Source of the DNA: Selaginella moellendorffii
Lineage: Eukaryota; Plantae; Lycopodiophyta
DNA length: 64,000 nt
NCBI RefSeq assembly: GCF_000143415.4
Contig: NW_003314261.1
Coordinates: forward strand, 4,566,691 to 4,630,690
Direction: 5' to 3'
Made by a program: the position numbers and the translations under genes. The notes under the pieces are model-generated. The model was not told the DNA's origin and searched no databases. It worked only from the letters and a program-made list of their open reading frames with translations. This document shows, piece after piece, positions 12,589 through 23,929 of the stretch; positions within the stretch are counted from its first letter, which is position 1; the number at the start of each line of letters is the position of its first letter.

Positions 12589-12730
12589 ATGCAATCGAGC
12601 AATGGGCTCTTGGGTCTTGTGAGATCGTGCCGCGATTTCGCTACGGCGGAGGCGATCATTGCGTCGCTGGATCCAATCGCGGAGGATGTTTACCTTGCCA
12701 ACAGTCTGATTGAGATTTATGGGAAATGTA
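12589..12730 (+). pseudogene. 5' fragment of a PPR gene, paralogous to the start of 23930-25774
   Basis: MQSSNGLLGLVRSCRDF...YLANSLIEIYGKC versus MQSGDGFLGLVRSCRDL...YLANNLIEMYGKC; similarity stops abruptly. Confidence 0.8.
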
Positions 12731-13549
12731 TAGTTAGATTGTCAAGAAGCTCGAACCAGTCTGGTGGTTCTATAAGTCCATAACTATCAATCCTTTAAGA
12801 ATTTTGGTAATGTACAAATTGCTCTCAAACTCGCTTCTTTGGATTCTCTTGTTTTGCTCAAGAGTGTCAGAAGCTTGAAACTCTCTTCGCTGTGTTTGCA
12901 TGCTTGGAGCGACATGAGCACACAGCCAACTACAATCTTTTATCACTGGTTTCCTTCCTCCGGTGAGTCTTGCAGCCTTGAAATCCATCAAAAGCTTCAT
13001 CACAAATGTTCTAGAACTGAAGAGCATTGCAGTTCAAGGAATCCAGACTCAGCCTACAAGACTCTGGAGCGGGAGGGGCAAAAATACGCCTTGACATCTG
13101 AGCCATGCTGCTTTTCAGGAAAGGTAAATCTCAGCTTCTTTCTTGCACTTCACATGCGCTTTGTGCTTATTATCATCACTCCAAACTTGCATATTTGAGG
13201 GTCAACAACGAGGACGAACGAGAAGAATTGATCGAGAAATGCTCGCCCAAATGCTCGCTTCATTTGTTCCGAAACATCAACTCTCGTCATTGCCATGGCA
13301 ACAAGCTCAAATGTCTCCAATCGATCAAGCCCCATGCTACAATGGATACGCAGCTGTTATCAATGTGAAACTCACAGACACAGACGATTACTTCTCCAAC
13401 GAAGTGGGAAGAGCGATAGGATTTGTGACTGCTCGCGAAGTGCCTTCACCATAATCGGGACCCACATTTTATGTGAGTGGAGAGTCCTTGGGATGCTAAA
13501 CCAAACTTTTTCTTGTAGTGTTATGGAGTTGGCAAACTGTGTTGTGTGT

Positions 13550-14070
13550 TGAGAGTGGCCTACAATCAAGAAGGTAATCAAGAGAGTGGACAATAAATTT
13601 TACGACTCTGAGAGGTTGAGCTCATGAGGGAGTGCAAGCACGAGAACGTCGTGAAAGTTCTTGACATGGGCAAGGAAGAAGATGGAGGTGACATGGTTCT
13701 CGAGCACTTTTGGCATATTAGAATTCAATAAGGATGGGCGACTACGTTACAAGCTCTCTAAGGTGGGCTGGATTAAGGAAACCATGTGGTAGCTTCTAAT
13801 GGGTTTAGCAGGCTTGCAAGCGAGAAGTTGTGATCCTGCCCGAGTCAACTCTACCAACACTAAATTGGATCACTAGGATTCAGGGCTCCTGAAGCTATCT
13901 CCACAGAAGTTTGGAAAAGGTGTGGACATGTGGTTAAGAAGCCTTTCAAGTGGTTATAGAAATTATGATTTAGGAGGATGAGGCAAAGGTGATAGATAAA
14001 ATGAAGAAATTGTACAAGAAAGATTGGTCTAAGAAGATTGAAGCCAAGGATGTAGTGGATTTGTTATGGC
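13550..14070 (+). pseudogene. Decayed Ser/Thr kinase remnant
   Basis: About 13613-13710 reads EVELMRECKHENVVKVLDMGKEEDGGDMVLEH (subdomains III-V); the rest is disrupted. Confidence 0.5.
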
Positions 14071-14249
14071 GTTCGCTCGTTTGAGATCAGTTTACGCTCA
14101 CAAGCTTTAGGTGACATTAGAAAATACCCAAGAAAAGAAACTGTTGTCAAAGAAGAAAAGGTAATGGCAAATACCCTTTCCAAAAGTTATGTCTGTTCTT
14201 AAAAGAATTTTCTTAAATTGCATAGTGTCTAGGTAAAGAGGCTGCCAGA

Positions 14250-16070
14250 TTTTCTCACTCAGTTCTTGAGCGCCAGAATTCTGCTGCTCTCCTCTTCTCG
14301 AGATCTTGGACACCGAGGAGCTGCTCGATCACCAAAGCCATATCATCCCAGCTTCTCCAGAGTTCACATTTAACTTCCTTGCGAATTCCACCACGGCCTC
14401 CTTGAGAGCTACTGCTGCCGAGTTCGACAACTCCTCCACGAAAAAGAACGAAAACTTCGTTCGAGTGTGGGATTCCCGGCTCGCAGACGTTGTGTTCGTG
14501 CCTTCTTCGCAGCTCTCTGCACGCGGCGGCGCTGGAATGCTGAGGCGGCATATCGAATCGCTGCAAGACAAGAATATCTGACGGTTGAAATGAATGACTT
14601 CGAAGGCCGCCCGGAAAAATTTCCCTGTACAATCCACCGCAGCCTTGGGTGCGAACAACGTGCCTCTGCGCGCTTGCAATCCCGGGCTTGTAAAGCGGCG
14701 TCCATCTCCTCGCGTTGCATCTGAAAGATGGGATCAAATGCAATCGATCGGCAGCAATTCATGCTACTCCGGAGATCAAGCTCGTCACCATCTTCAACGA
14801 CGCGGGCCTGAAAGTAAACACGCGCTTTAGTCCAAGGACTTAAGAGAAAACCAACTTCTCTAGTTGTAGAAGTTCCTACGGACTGGCAGGAGTCAAGTCT
14901 ATGAGAGAAACAAAAGCGTCTACCAGAGTCCCTTGTAAAAGCTATCCTGTTGATGGATTGTAGAGGCAAGTGGTAGATGGCGGCTTAGGCGGCCAACATC
15001 CCCGTCCACGACACCACGTCTCGCTCTTGTTGTGCCATTGTGATGTTCCAGGAGAGACGTTTAGCTGCCGGATTCTGGGTGCGCTTGATCTCAGCCCTTG
15101 GTGGGCTTGATTTCAGGCGCTTGGCTGCCGCTTGAATCTGCTGGAACCACAAGCTCGTCGGGGGTCGCTGGTGGGTGGGACGTGATAGCTTGATCCAAGT
15201 TGAATGGCGCCACGATGCATTGTTGCGTGCGATTCACTCCAACTGGCTTGACTTGGAAGACTACGCTGGACGATTGAAGTCAGATAGTTATTTCGTCTTT
15301 CTTCCAGCTTTGATGGTTCAACGCGCTTCAAAGTCATCTACCGTTGACTTGGTTTTCCTTAAACATCAGTCAAAACTGGTCGACTAGATTAGACAGATAA
15401 ACACCTATTTTGGATTAAATATTATTTATTTTGTGCTCTTTAAAGGTTATATTGGCATTATTATTTTAGTGACTAAGTAAAATATCGTGCATGTACGATC
15501 TGTGGCATTAAGATGGTGTGGTCAGAATGAAGATGAAGATCAAGACGGACCAGAGTAAAGTGAACATTGTCAATTGGGCAGAAATAGGGAGAAACACCAA
15601 AAAGCTCTGGAAGAACGTACCAAAAGCGTCAGCCAGAGTCCCTTATAAAGGAAAGGCCAAGAAAGCTCTCCTGTCGATGGATTGTGCAAAGCGCGTGATC
15701 GATGCGACCACCGTCCCGTCCACGACATCTCGTCTCGCTCCGCCATCTTGTTGTGCCGTTGTGTGATGTTCCAGAGAAGACGTTTGGATGCCGGATGCTG
15801 GATCTCTTGGTGGCACTCGGACATCCGGCATGATTTCAATTTGCTGGAGCCACAAACTGGGGGAGCGTGATCGTTTGATCCAAGCTGACTGCATTGTTGC
15901 TTGCGATTCAATCGGAAGACTACGCTGGAGCATCGACACGACGTTCCTGAACTCCGCCGCGGCCAGATCCCCTGCCTGGGCATACGCGACGAGCATCGCG
16001 GTCCACGCCACGATATCCCTCTCGGCCATGCTCTCGAACGCCCACCTCGCCTCAAGAAGATGCCCGGATT
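14250..16070 (-). pseudogene. Mosaic of degenerate gene fragments (mitochondrial carrier 3' exons twice, PPR piece, an internal duplication)
   Basis: About 14580-14980 matches 20400-21060; 15570-15710 matches 20950-21070; 15000-15270 matches 15715-15935; 15950-16065 is an inverted match to PPR 47190-47305. Confidence 0.75.
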
Positions 16071-16246
16071 TACCACAAAATGCGTCTAGGATTCGAGTTT
16101 GTTTTTTTCAAGGTCAATCGGTACAGTCCACCAAGTCGAATTGTCCAAGTCCACATTCTATCCCAACACATATCGTGTAAACTCTGGCGAAAACTCTTCC
16201 ACTCTTTGATGTTCTGATCCATCGGTTTGATTAAAGAGTATCGGCC

Positions 16247-18337
16247 ATGTCTCTCGCGGATTTGCTGCTGCCTTTGTTTCTACTCGTCTTTCTCACAACA
16301 TCCCGGTCACAGTGCCCCACGAATCCATCCACAATCGTGAACGACACACAGGTTCTTCTCTCTCTCCGTGACAGGCTTGGCATCAAAGCGTGGAACGAGA
16401 CCGCCAATCCAAGAGCATGGCGCGGTGTGGAGTGGAGCTCGGACAACCGAGTGGAGGGCCTCAATATGTCCAGGTTAAATCTCTCGGGAGTTCTTCCTTC
16501 CATCTGGGCCGAGCTTCCATCGCTGGCTCGCTTGGACCTCTCGCAAAACGGCCTCTCCTCGCTGGAAGTCCCTGGTTGCAAGAACACGCAGCTCAAGCTC
16601 CTCAACTTGAGCTCCAATTCTCTGCAAGAGGTCCCGGCAAACCTCTCCAGCCTCGAGAGCTTAGAAAGCCTGGACCTCAGTGCGAATTTCTTAACAGTGC
16701 TCGGTGTTCCAAAGTTTAGCTCCACGCTGCGATCGCTCAACCTGTCCATCAACAACTTGAATGGGAGCGTTTCCATCGGTGGCAACCTGGGACTGGAGGC
16801 ACTGGAGCTCTCGCACAACGGACTCAGCGGCTCCATTCCAGAAACTTTCGGGGAGATGACGAACTTGACGCGCCTGGACATATCGTTTAACAGGTTTAGA
16901 GGAGATCTTCCAGATATTTGGAGCAAGAACTTGGAGCTCAGGTACTTGGATATCTCCAACAATTCGCTCCAGGGTGGTTTGCCACCGAGCTTGCGAAGGC
17001 TACGCAAGCTCTCGGTTTTAAGCGCTGGAAACAACTTTCTCTCCGGGCCACTGGAGCTGGAAGATGGCGACTTTGCGAGCATCGAGACTTTGCACCTCTT
17101 GCGAAACATGTTTAACGGGACGGTACCAGCGAGGGTGGGAAGCTTGACGAACTTGAGGGTGCTGGTTCTCATGTGGAATCGTTTCAGTGGCACTATACCT
17201 CCGGAGCTAGGAAACTGCTCGAACATCAGAGAGATATGGCTCAACGGCAATGACTTGACTGGAACCATCCCAGGCGAGCTCTCGAAGCTGTCGCATCTCC
17301 AGCAGCTAGTTCTCAACGGCAACGACATCGGTGGGGAGCTCCCTTCTGGACTCTCCAACTGCACGGAGCTGGTCGTTCTCTGGCTGGAGCAGAACAAGTT
17401 TTCTGGAAATCTCCCGGACAGCTTTGCGAGCTTGAGCCGCCTGCTCATTCTCTCGCTCTCCGGCAATGATCTCGTCGGTTCCATCCCGGCCTCCTACGGC
17501 AAGATGAGCTCGCTGATCGGCCTCGACGTTGGATCGAACAACCTCTCTGGAGAAGTTCCGGCCATGCTGCAAAACGTCTCGACTTTGCAGTTCCTCTTCC
17601 TCTCAGACAACAGCTTCAGCGGCTCCATCCCGGACTGGCTCCCCCGGCTCAGGAACTTACGAGCCATGGACTTCTCGCTTAACAGGTTCTCGGGCAAGAT
17701 ACCGGCAAGCATCGGCCGACTGTTCGCCAACGTCCAGCTCTACAACATGAGCACCACCACCCCGCTGGTTCACGCGCAAAGCCTCGTCTACACCGGCTTC
17801 GCCTTCCCGACAACCATAGACTTCTCCTCCAACCAGCTGAGTGGAAGCATTCCGGCGGCCATCGGCGACCTCTACAATCTCCAGGTGCTGGACCTGAGCC
17901 ACAACCGGCTAATCGGTCCCATTCCCGAGTCCCTGGGAAACGCAAGGAATCTCTCCAGGGTGGCGCTCGCGAGCAATCGTCTCAATGGCTCCATACCAAC
18001 GTCCGTGGCGGACCTCTCGTTTCTCACCGTCTTCGACGTCTCCAACAACAGCCTGGTGGGACGGATACCTGACAGCCCGCAACTCTCGTCCATGGACGCG
18101 GCTCTCTTCGCGGGAAACCAGCTCTGTGGCTTGCCACTGATCAACACCTGTTCGAGCACTGCTCCGCCGCATAGGCCTAGAAGAGACGGACAAGGTGGTA
18201 GCGAACAGGACCAAGGAGGTGTGACAACACTTGTCAGCGTCGCCATCTTCGTGGCAGCCTTCTTCTACGCGCTCTTCTGGACTTTCCTATGTACTTTGCA
18301 GCAACCCTGTATAATCTTGAGCCCCGCGCTCCGATAG
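16247..18337 (+). CDS. LRR receptor-like protein (ectodomain + TM, no kinase), recent duplicate of 9359-12529
   Basis: 696-aa intact ORF nearly identical to the RLK ectodomain; TM VSVAIFVAAFFYALFWTFL then a short tail. Confidence 0.85.
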   Translation: MSLADLLLPLFLLVFLTTSRSQCPTNPSTIVNDTQVLLSLRDRLGIKAWNETANPRAWRGVEWSSDNRVEGLNMSRLNLSGVLPSIWAELPSLARLDLSQNGLSSLEVPGCKNTQLKLLNLSSNSLQEVPANLSSLESLESLDLSANFLTVLGVPKFSSTLRSLNLSINNLNGSVSIGGNLGLEALELSHNGLSGSIPETFGEMTNLTRLDISFNRFRGDLPDIWSKNLELRYLDISNNSLQGGLPPSLRRLRKLSVLSAGNNFLSGPLELEDGDFASIETLHLLRNMFNGTVPARVGSLTNLRVLVLMWNRFSGTIPPELGNCSNIREIWLNGNDLTGTIPGELSKLSHLQQLVLNGNDIGGELPSGLSNCTELVVLWLEQNKFSGNLPDSFASLSRLLILSLSGNDLVGSIPASYGKMSSLIGLDVGSNNLSGEVPAMLQNVSTLQFLFLSDNSFSGSIPDWLPRLRNLRAMDFSLNRFSGKIPASIGRLFANVQLYNMSTTTPLVHAQSLVYTGFAFPTTIDFSSNQLSGSIPAAIGDLYNLQVLDLSHNRLIGPIPESLGNARNLSRVALASNRLNGSIPTSVADLSFLTVFDVSNNSLVGRIPDSPQLSSMDAALFAGNQLCGLPLINTCSSTAPPHRPRRDGQGGSEQDQGGVTTLVSVAIFVAAFFYALFWTFLCTLQQPCIILSPALR

Positions 18338-20300
18338 ATGCTCGCCATCAGAACGTACGCAGCCAGAGTCTTTCTCGTTGATCTTCGTCAGTGCCTCGAA
18401 CGCAATCCTCCCCATTTCCACGTTCTTCCACTTACGGCAGGCCCCGACGACGCTCCTCCAAACCATAGCGTCCGCTCTCAAAGGCATGGTCTCGAGGACT
18501 TTCACGGCCACTTCCAGTCGGTTTGCAAGCCCGAAGAGATCCACCAAGCTGCTGTAGTGATGAATTCTGCAAACAATCTATTGCCTGGATAACTCCCTGC
18601 CTCGTTCAACCAGGCCGCCGTGGCTGCAAGCAGTGATGACCGAGACAAACGTGATCGCGTTTGCTCCCACGCCATCTTCTCGCATCTCGCGAAAGGCTTC
18701 GAACACGAGCGACGCGTCGCCCTGTTGGCCGATTCCTGTGATCAGTGCATTCCAGGCGACGATATCTCGGACTGCCAGAGATCCAAACAACTGCTCGGCC
18801 GCCTCCGCACTAACCGTAGAAGTTTACCATGCACGTCCCCACAACTTGGTTGTCTTCCAGCCCACGCCTGTAAAGCTCAGCCTGGATTTTCCTGGACCCA
18901 ACGTTCCCACAGGCCGTAAGTCCCGCTACAAGAGTCCGAGTGTTTGGAGCACAGTCCATGCTCTCCAAGAGTTCCAGCCCGAGCTCACTCTCACATCAAG
19001 CTCGTCCAAACGACAACGTCCCGGCTACGCATGCCTTTGAAAACTGCTCGAGCTTCCACCATATCTCCACACTTGGCATACATGTCCACCAAGCTGCTCC
19101 CGACAAATCTGTGCTCGCAGCATCCAAACTTCGCGGTGAGAGAATGAATCTCCATCCCCTTTTCTAGGCTCTGGATTCACACTAGGTTTCAATCTTCTCG
19201 CGGGACAGGTTGCTCGGATGCTGAAAGGTGGACGCAGGCCATGAGCGCAGCAACAAACGTTCTCTCGTCCGGATCGTTCTCCCTAGCCAGCTCCAAGCTG
19301 TCATTTCCAGCAGATCCCTGGAGCATTGCGTTCCACGAAACCACGTCTCGGCCAGCCATGCCATCGAAGACCTTGCGCGCTTCCTCTAGCTTCCCACACT
19401 TTGCATACATTATCGATCAGAACACGTCCTCGCAGCTCCTGATGTTTTAAGCTTCACCCCAGTTTCCAAGCTCTTTCTCTTGACGACTTTCCCGTCGACA
19501 TCCACCGCTTCTTCTCGCATTGCCGAGCTCGCACAGGCGGCAAGCGTCAGCAACATACGTTCGAGAGTTCGGACAGCACCCGGATAGCTTCATATCTTCG
19601 AAGAACAAGAGAGGGGGCTCGTATCAAGCTCGTCCAGAGCACGACATCATGCTCTCGACCAACACTTAAGTACATGTCCACGAGGCTGCTCCCCACAGAA
19701 ATATCTCCACAGCAGTGGCTTTTCACAGCTCCATCGTGAACAGCGACTCCCTTCTCGAGGCTCCTCGTCTTCACCATCTTTCCATCTTCTTGAGTTTTCA
19801 CTGCTAGATTCGCACCACTGCTAGATTCTCACAGGCCTTGGCAGCAGCAACGAAAGTCCGAGAGTTTGGCGAACAGTCCATCTTCCCAAAGAACTCGAGA
19901 GCGATCTCGCTTTCTCCATTCTCTACGTAGCCCAGTGTCAAAGCGTTCCAGGAGACTCTCGCCGTGGCATCTCATCGAAGACCGATTGAGCATCGAGCAT
20001 GCTGCCACACTTGGAGTACATATTGATCAGCGAGCTCGAGAGGAAAACGTCTTCGCTGCAAGACATTTGCTTGGCTTGAGAATGGATCCCTCTGCGGGTC
20101 TCGAGAGTAGCCTCCTTGACAAGCTTCCCATCGACCAAAACAGCATCTTCCTTCGCCGCAGCCTTCGACGCGGCCATGAAGCTAGCCCGACCGCCTGGCT
20201 TCCATCCTCTCAAAGAGATCCAGAGACACATCTAGCCCAGCATCAAAACGTTCCAGGACATAACGTGTCCATAGCGCCGGCACCCGGGCGCCCGCAGCGG
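18300..20300 (-). pseudogene. Degenerate PLS-class PPR gene
   Basis: Broken ORFs with MYSKCGSMLDAQSVFDEMP, MYAKCGKLEEARKVFD, ITFVSVITACSHGGLVERG and E-motif VWRSVVGACRKW; many frameshifts. Confidence 0.85.
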
Positions 20301-20434
20301 CGCCGCCGAAGGAGCGAATGCTGGCGCGGCGCGTCGAATCGTTGCCGTCGCCAAGCCACGGAACAAGCATCCATCGCAAGAACCCTAAATATTTGCTATA
20401 TCTGACGGTTGAAAATGAATCGGGCCATTTACAT

Positions 20435-21930
20435 TCACCTCTTCTCCCTCGCGACGCTAATGTTCTTCATCACTTCATACACCATGAAGGCAATCCCCAC
20501 GCCCGGAAAAACCTTGAGGTACTCGGGCAAAATCCCCCTGTACAACCCAGCGTAGCCTTGGGTGCGAACAATGTGCCTCAGCGCGCTCACAATCCCAGGC
20601 TTGTAAGCCGGTGTCCATCTCCGATCGCCCTCGAGTTGCATCCTTCTCTTTACCAAATCGATCGGAAACACCGCTGAAAACAGGAACGATGGCGATCAAA
20701 CGTAATCGATCTTAAGACTCTTACCTGTTGAGGCAGCAATTCCTGCTACTCCACCGGAGATCAAGCTCGTCACCATCCTGGACGACTCGGGCCTGGAAGT
20801 AAACATGCTCACACTCTAGTTCAAGGACTTGAAACTAAGAAAAAATCCACCTCTGAGCGTTCCAGTAGTTGTAGAGAGTTTCATACACGCAGAAGTTTAT
20901 CGCAATCGTTGGGCCTACGGACTGGCAGGAGTCAAGTCTCTGGCGTTTTGCAGGGAGAAAAACCAATTAAGCTCTCGAAGAACGTACCAAAAGCGTCGGC
21001 CAGAGTCCCTTATAAAGGCCAAGAAAGCTCTCCTGTTGATGGATTGTGGAAATCGCGTGGTAGATGCCCGTGTAGTGCTTTGAGGTTGTCTGCAAATCAC
21101 AGGGGTCATTTCACCTGCGAGGCGCAAAATAAGTCCCAAGAAACTCTCTGTCAAAGCCATACTTCAGCTAAGAGCTTCTCAGGAAGTGCCTAGAAAGGAA
21201 AAACTACCCCTCGCATCATCTCTTTCTCTACGGTCAAGCTCTACTCACCTGTGCTGCTAGTCTCGTTCGAACGAGATCCAAAGGGTACGTTGTCGCAGCA
21301 GCAGTGATTCCAGCTCCACCACCGGCGACGAAACGAGCAAGCAATCGAGCTCCGGAGTTGTCATCTCCACTGCTTTCTACCCCAAGCCATTTGAGCAGTG
21401 CCTGGAGGGGGAAAGGAAAAGGATTTTAGACAATAAAGTAAACGATGCGTTACTTACCGCCTTGTACTGCTCATACGAGTAGAAATTAATCGCGGAGTAT
21501 GGAAGGCGATGAACAATCGTGACACCATTTCCCTTCCAGAACGCCAAGCCCCCTTCTTCGCGCAATATCCTCGCAGCCTCTCTGAGGATGCTCGGCTTGG
21601 TCAAAATCTTGTCCGTTGTCATTCCCCGGATCTGGAGCGAGCACAAAAAATCCCAAATCCAGCGTGCTCGCGCTCGAAATCGATCGATCAAGGGGGACAA
21701 ATCCCCAGACGCCTTACCTGGAAGAGAATGGTGAGGCGCGCGAGGGGAGCTGTGCACGTCTTGCTCACCGCCCCCGCGATGCCGCCGGCGGCGAGCTGCG
21801 AGAGCGAGCCGATCTGCGACGCGCCCTGCTGTGACGCCAGCACTCCCTCCACCGCCTTGTCGCCGGAGGATCCCGTAGGGACGCTGCTGAAGGCGCTCGT
21901 GTCCACCGCTGCGCTCGTCGAAACCGCCAT
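20435..21930 (-). CDS. Mitochondrial substrate carrier (SLC25), multi-exon
   Basis: LAAGGIAGAVSKTCTAPLARLTILFQ, FWKGNGVTIVHRLPYSAINFYSYE, FPIDLVKRRMQL, GLYRGILPEYLKVFPGVGIAFMVYE. Confidence 0.9.
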
Positions 21931-22069
21931 AGTCGTTTGGAACCCTAATGGTGGGAGAATATCTCTTGTCCCGATAAACCCTAAGCCCTAGCATTTTGAA
22001 ATGAAAAGGCGGGAGTTTTATTGATTCTTGGAGGGGTTATTTTGTCTCAATCCACTCTCCTTTGGCTCC

Positions 22070-22384
22070 TCAGATCTTCTTGGCGCAGCTAGGGTATCCC
22101 TGGAACTTGCAACGCGTAGGGATGCTCTCGGCATTGGCCTCGTTGATGCTGATCCCCGCGCTCTTGGCAGCCGCGATGGTGGAGCACAGGCACGCCGGAT
22201 CATCCTTGAATTTCTCCACCACACTGCAGCACGCCGCCGTGGGCGTGGCCTGCGCGTCCTGGGTCGCCGCCTGGCACGGAAGCAGCGCCGTGAAATCGTT
22301 ACTACAGGTCGCCGCCGCCGCGGTGGAAGCGATCGCCAGGAAGAGCGCGCACACGATCGCGAGCTTGATCATCGCAGCCGCCAT
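22070..22384 (-). CDS. Non-specific lipid transfer protein (8-Cys motif)
   Basis: Signal peptide plus C...C...CC...CLC...C...C pattern, 104 aa. Confidence 0.88.
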   Translation of the reverse strand: MAAAMIKLAIVCALFLAIASTAAAATCSNDFTALLPCQAATQDAQATPTAACCSVVEKFKDDPACLCSTIAAAKSAGISINEANAESIPTRCKFQGYPSCAKKI

Positions 22385-22652
22385 GGAATTGGAATTCGCC
22401 TAGAACTCTCGGACTGATTGGAAGAACGCGAATGCGAAGGGAGTGATCGCCTGAACTGTGCGAGGGAGAGGATGGGAATTTATGGCCTGGAGATCGTCTG
22501 TAACGCAATGCATTATGCCAGGAATCAAGCTGCGAGAAAGCACGCAACGAATAAAAGTTATTAGCCCTATAATTTGAATTTGAATTAATGTACGTGCTAT
22601 GAAACGTGGCGCGCATGCGAGCTTGCAAGTGTAAGTGACCTAAAACCTCCAA

Positions 22653-23900
22653 ATGGCTGCCACTATCGCCCCATTGCAGAGTGTGTGTTTCGCGTCTTCC
22701 AGACTATCGAGATTTCCAGTGTCTTGGAGCTCTTCCTTCTCGCGATCGAGACGATTTGCCAGGAGAGTATCGGCTATGGCTTCGCAGGATGTGGATCTTG
22801 AAGTTTTCGGCAAGGCGGCTACTGGGACTGGAAGCCCCAGCAACCAACGGGGAGATTGTGAGTTCTATCTTCCGTAGCTGGGCGAGCTTCCATTGATATG
22901 TTATGGTATTTGTATTGTCTTCCAGGTCCATTCTCTCAGCGAGTTTACATGGTTCTGGAAGGTATGAAACTTTTGGATTTGTCTTCTTTGGTTCCAATTC
23001 CAAGTTTGTGATTCTCGAAGAGAAACATCTTCCTTACAAGGCAACTTATGTCGAGGAAGGACCCAACAAGCCTGACTGGTCAGTTACGAGAGATCGATTG
23101 ATTTTTTCTTAGGAGAAGGGATTTGTTTTCTCGCAGGTTTATGCAACACAATCCCTCTGGCTTGATGCCGGTTCTCCGTGACGCTGCTGATTGGATTCAA
23201 GACTCGGACAAGATCTTTGAGCATGTGGAGAACAAGTTCAAGGAGCCGTCCCTGAAAACTCCAGACGAGTTCAAGAGCGTGTAAGTCCGATTTCAGTGTT
23301 TTCCCGAAGCTCGACTGAGATATGACTTTGGATTTTCCAGCGGGGCTGGCATCTTTCCAGCGTTCACAAACTGGCTCAAGTCCAAGGACCGAAACGCTCC
23401 AGCGAAGCAAGAGTTTATCAACGAGCTCACAGCTCTCGAGGAGCACTTGAAGAAGCACGTAAGCTTTCTTGAGTTTCTCCTCATCTAAGATTTCTTCCAT
23501 GAACGTTCTTCCTACAATTGTGTTTGTGTTTCTCAGGGCCCTTACATCGCTGGAAAGAATCCCACCGATTCCGACTTTGCTTTGGCTCCAAAGCTTCGTC
23601 ACGCTAGAGTGGCTCTTAAGCACTTCATAGACTTCGTCTTCCCCAGCAATCTCCAGCATGTCGCAAAATACATCGAGGCAAGTTTCTTCCACCAGGCTTT
23701 CCTTCGCTTTCGTCCGACATGATCTCTCAGATGTTCTTTTCTCTTTTGTTTAGCTCATGGAAACGAGGCCAAGCTTCAAGAAGACGGATTCTCCAGACGA
23801 GATGATCATCGCGGGCTGGCAGACCAAGTTTGATCTTCCGGACAAGATTGACAAGAACTCGGGACAGGAGAAGAAAACAGCCGTCACACCGCTTGTGTAA
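22653..23900 (+). CDS. DHAR: Dehydroascorbate reductase (GST superfamily), probably plastid-targeted; last intron is GC-AG
   Basis: Spliced GDC^PFSQRVYMVLE^EKHLPY, KPDW^F, IQDSDKI, GPYIAG, LAPKL, IIAGW; TAA at 23898-23900; Ser/Arg-rich transit-like N-terminus. Confidence 0.92.
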
Positions 23901-23929
23901 TTTCATGGCCAAGTGTCGATTTTACGTAA

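Noticed and set aside
12830-13500. Short ORFs with splice-like signals
   Set aside because: No recognisable domain or consistent spliced frame.
9337-17484. Long minus-strand ORFs (9337-10596, 11309-12262, 16231-17484)
   Set aside because: Antisense shadows of GC-rich LRR and kinase coding sequence.
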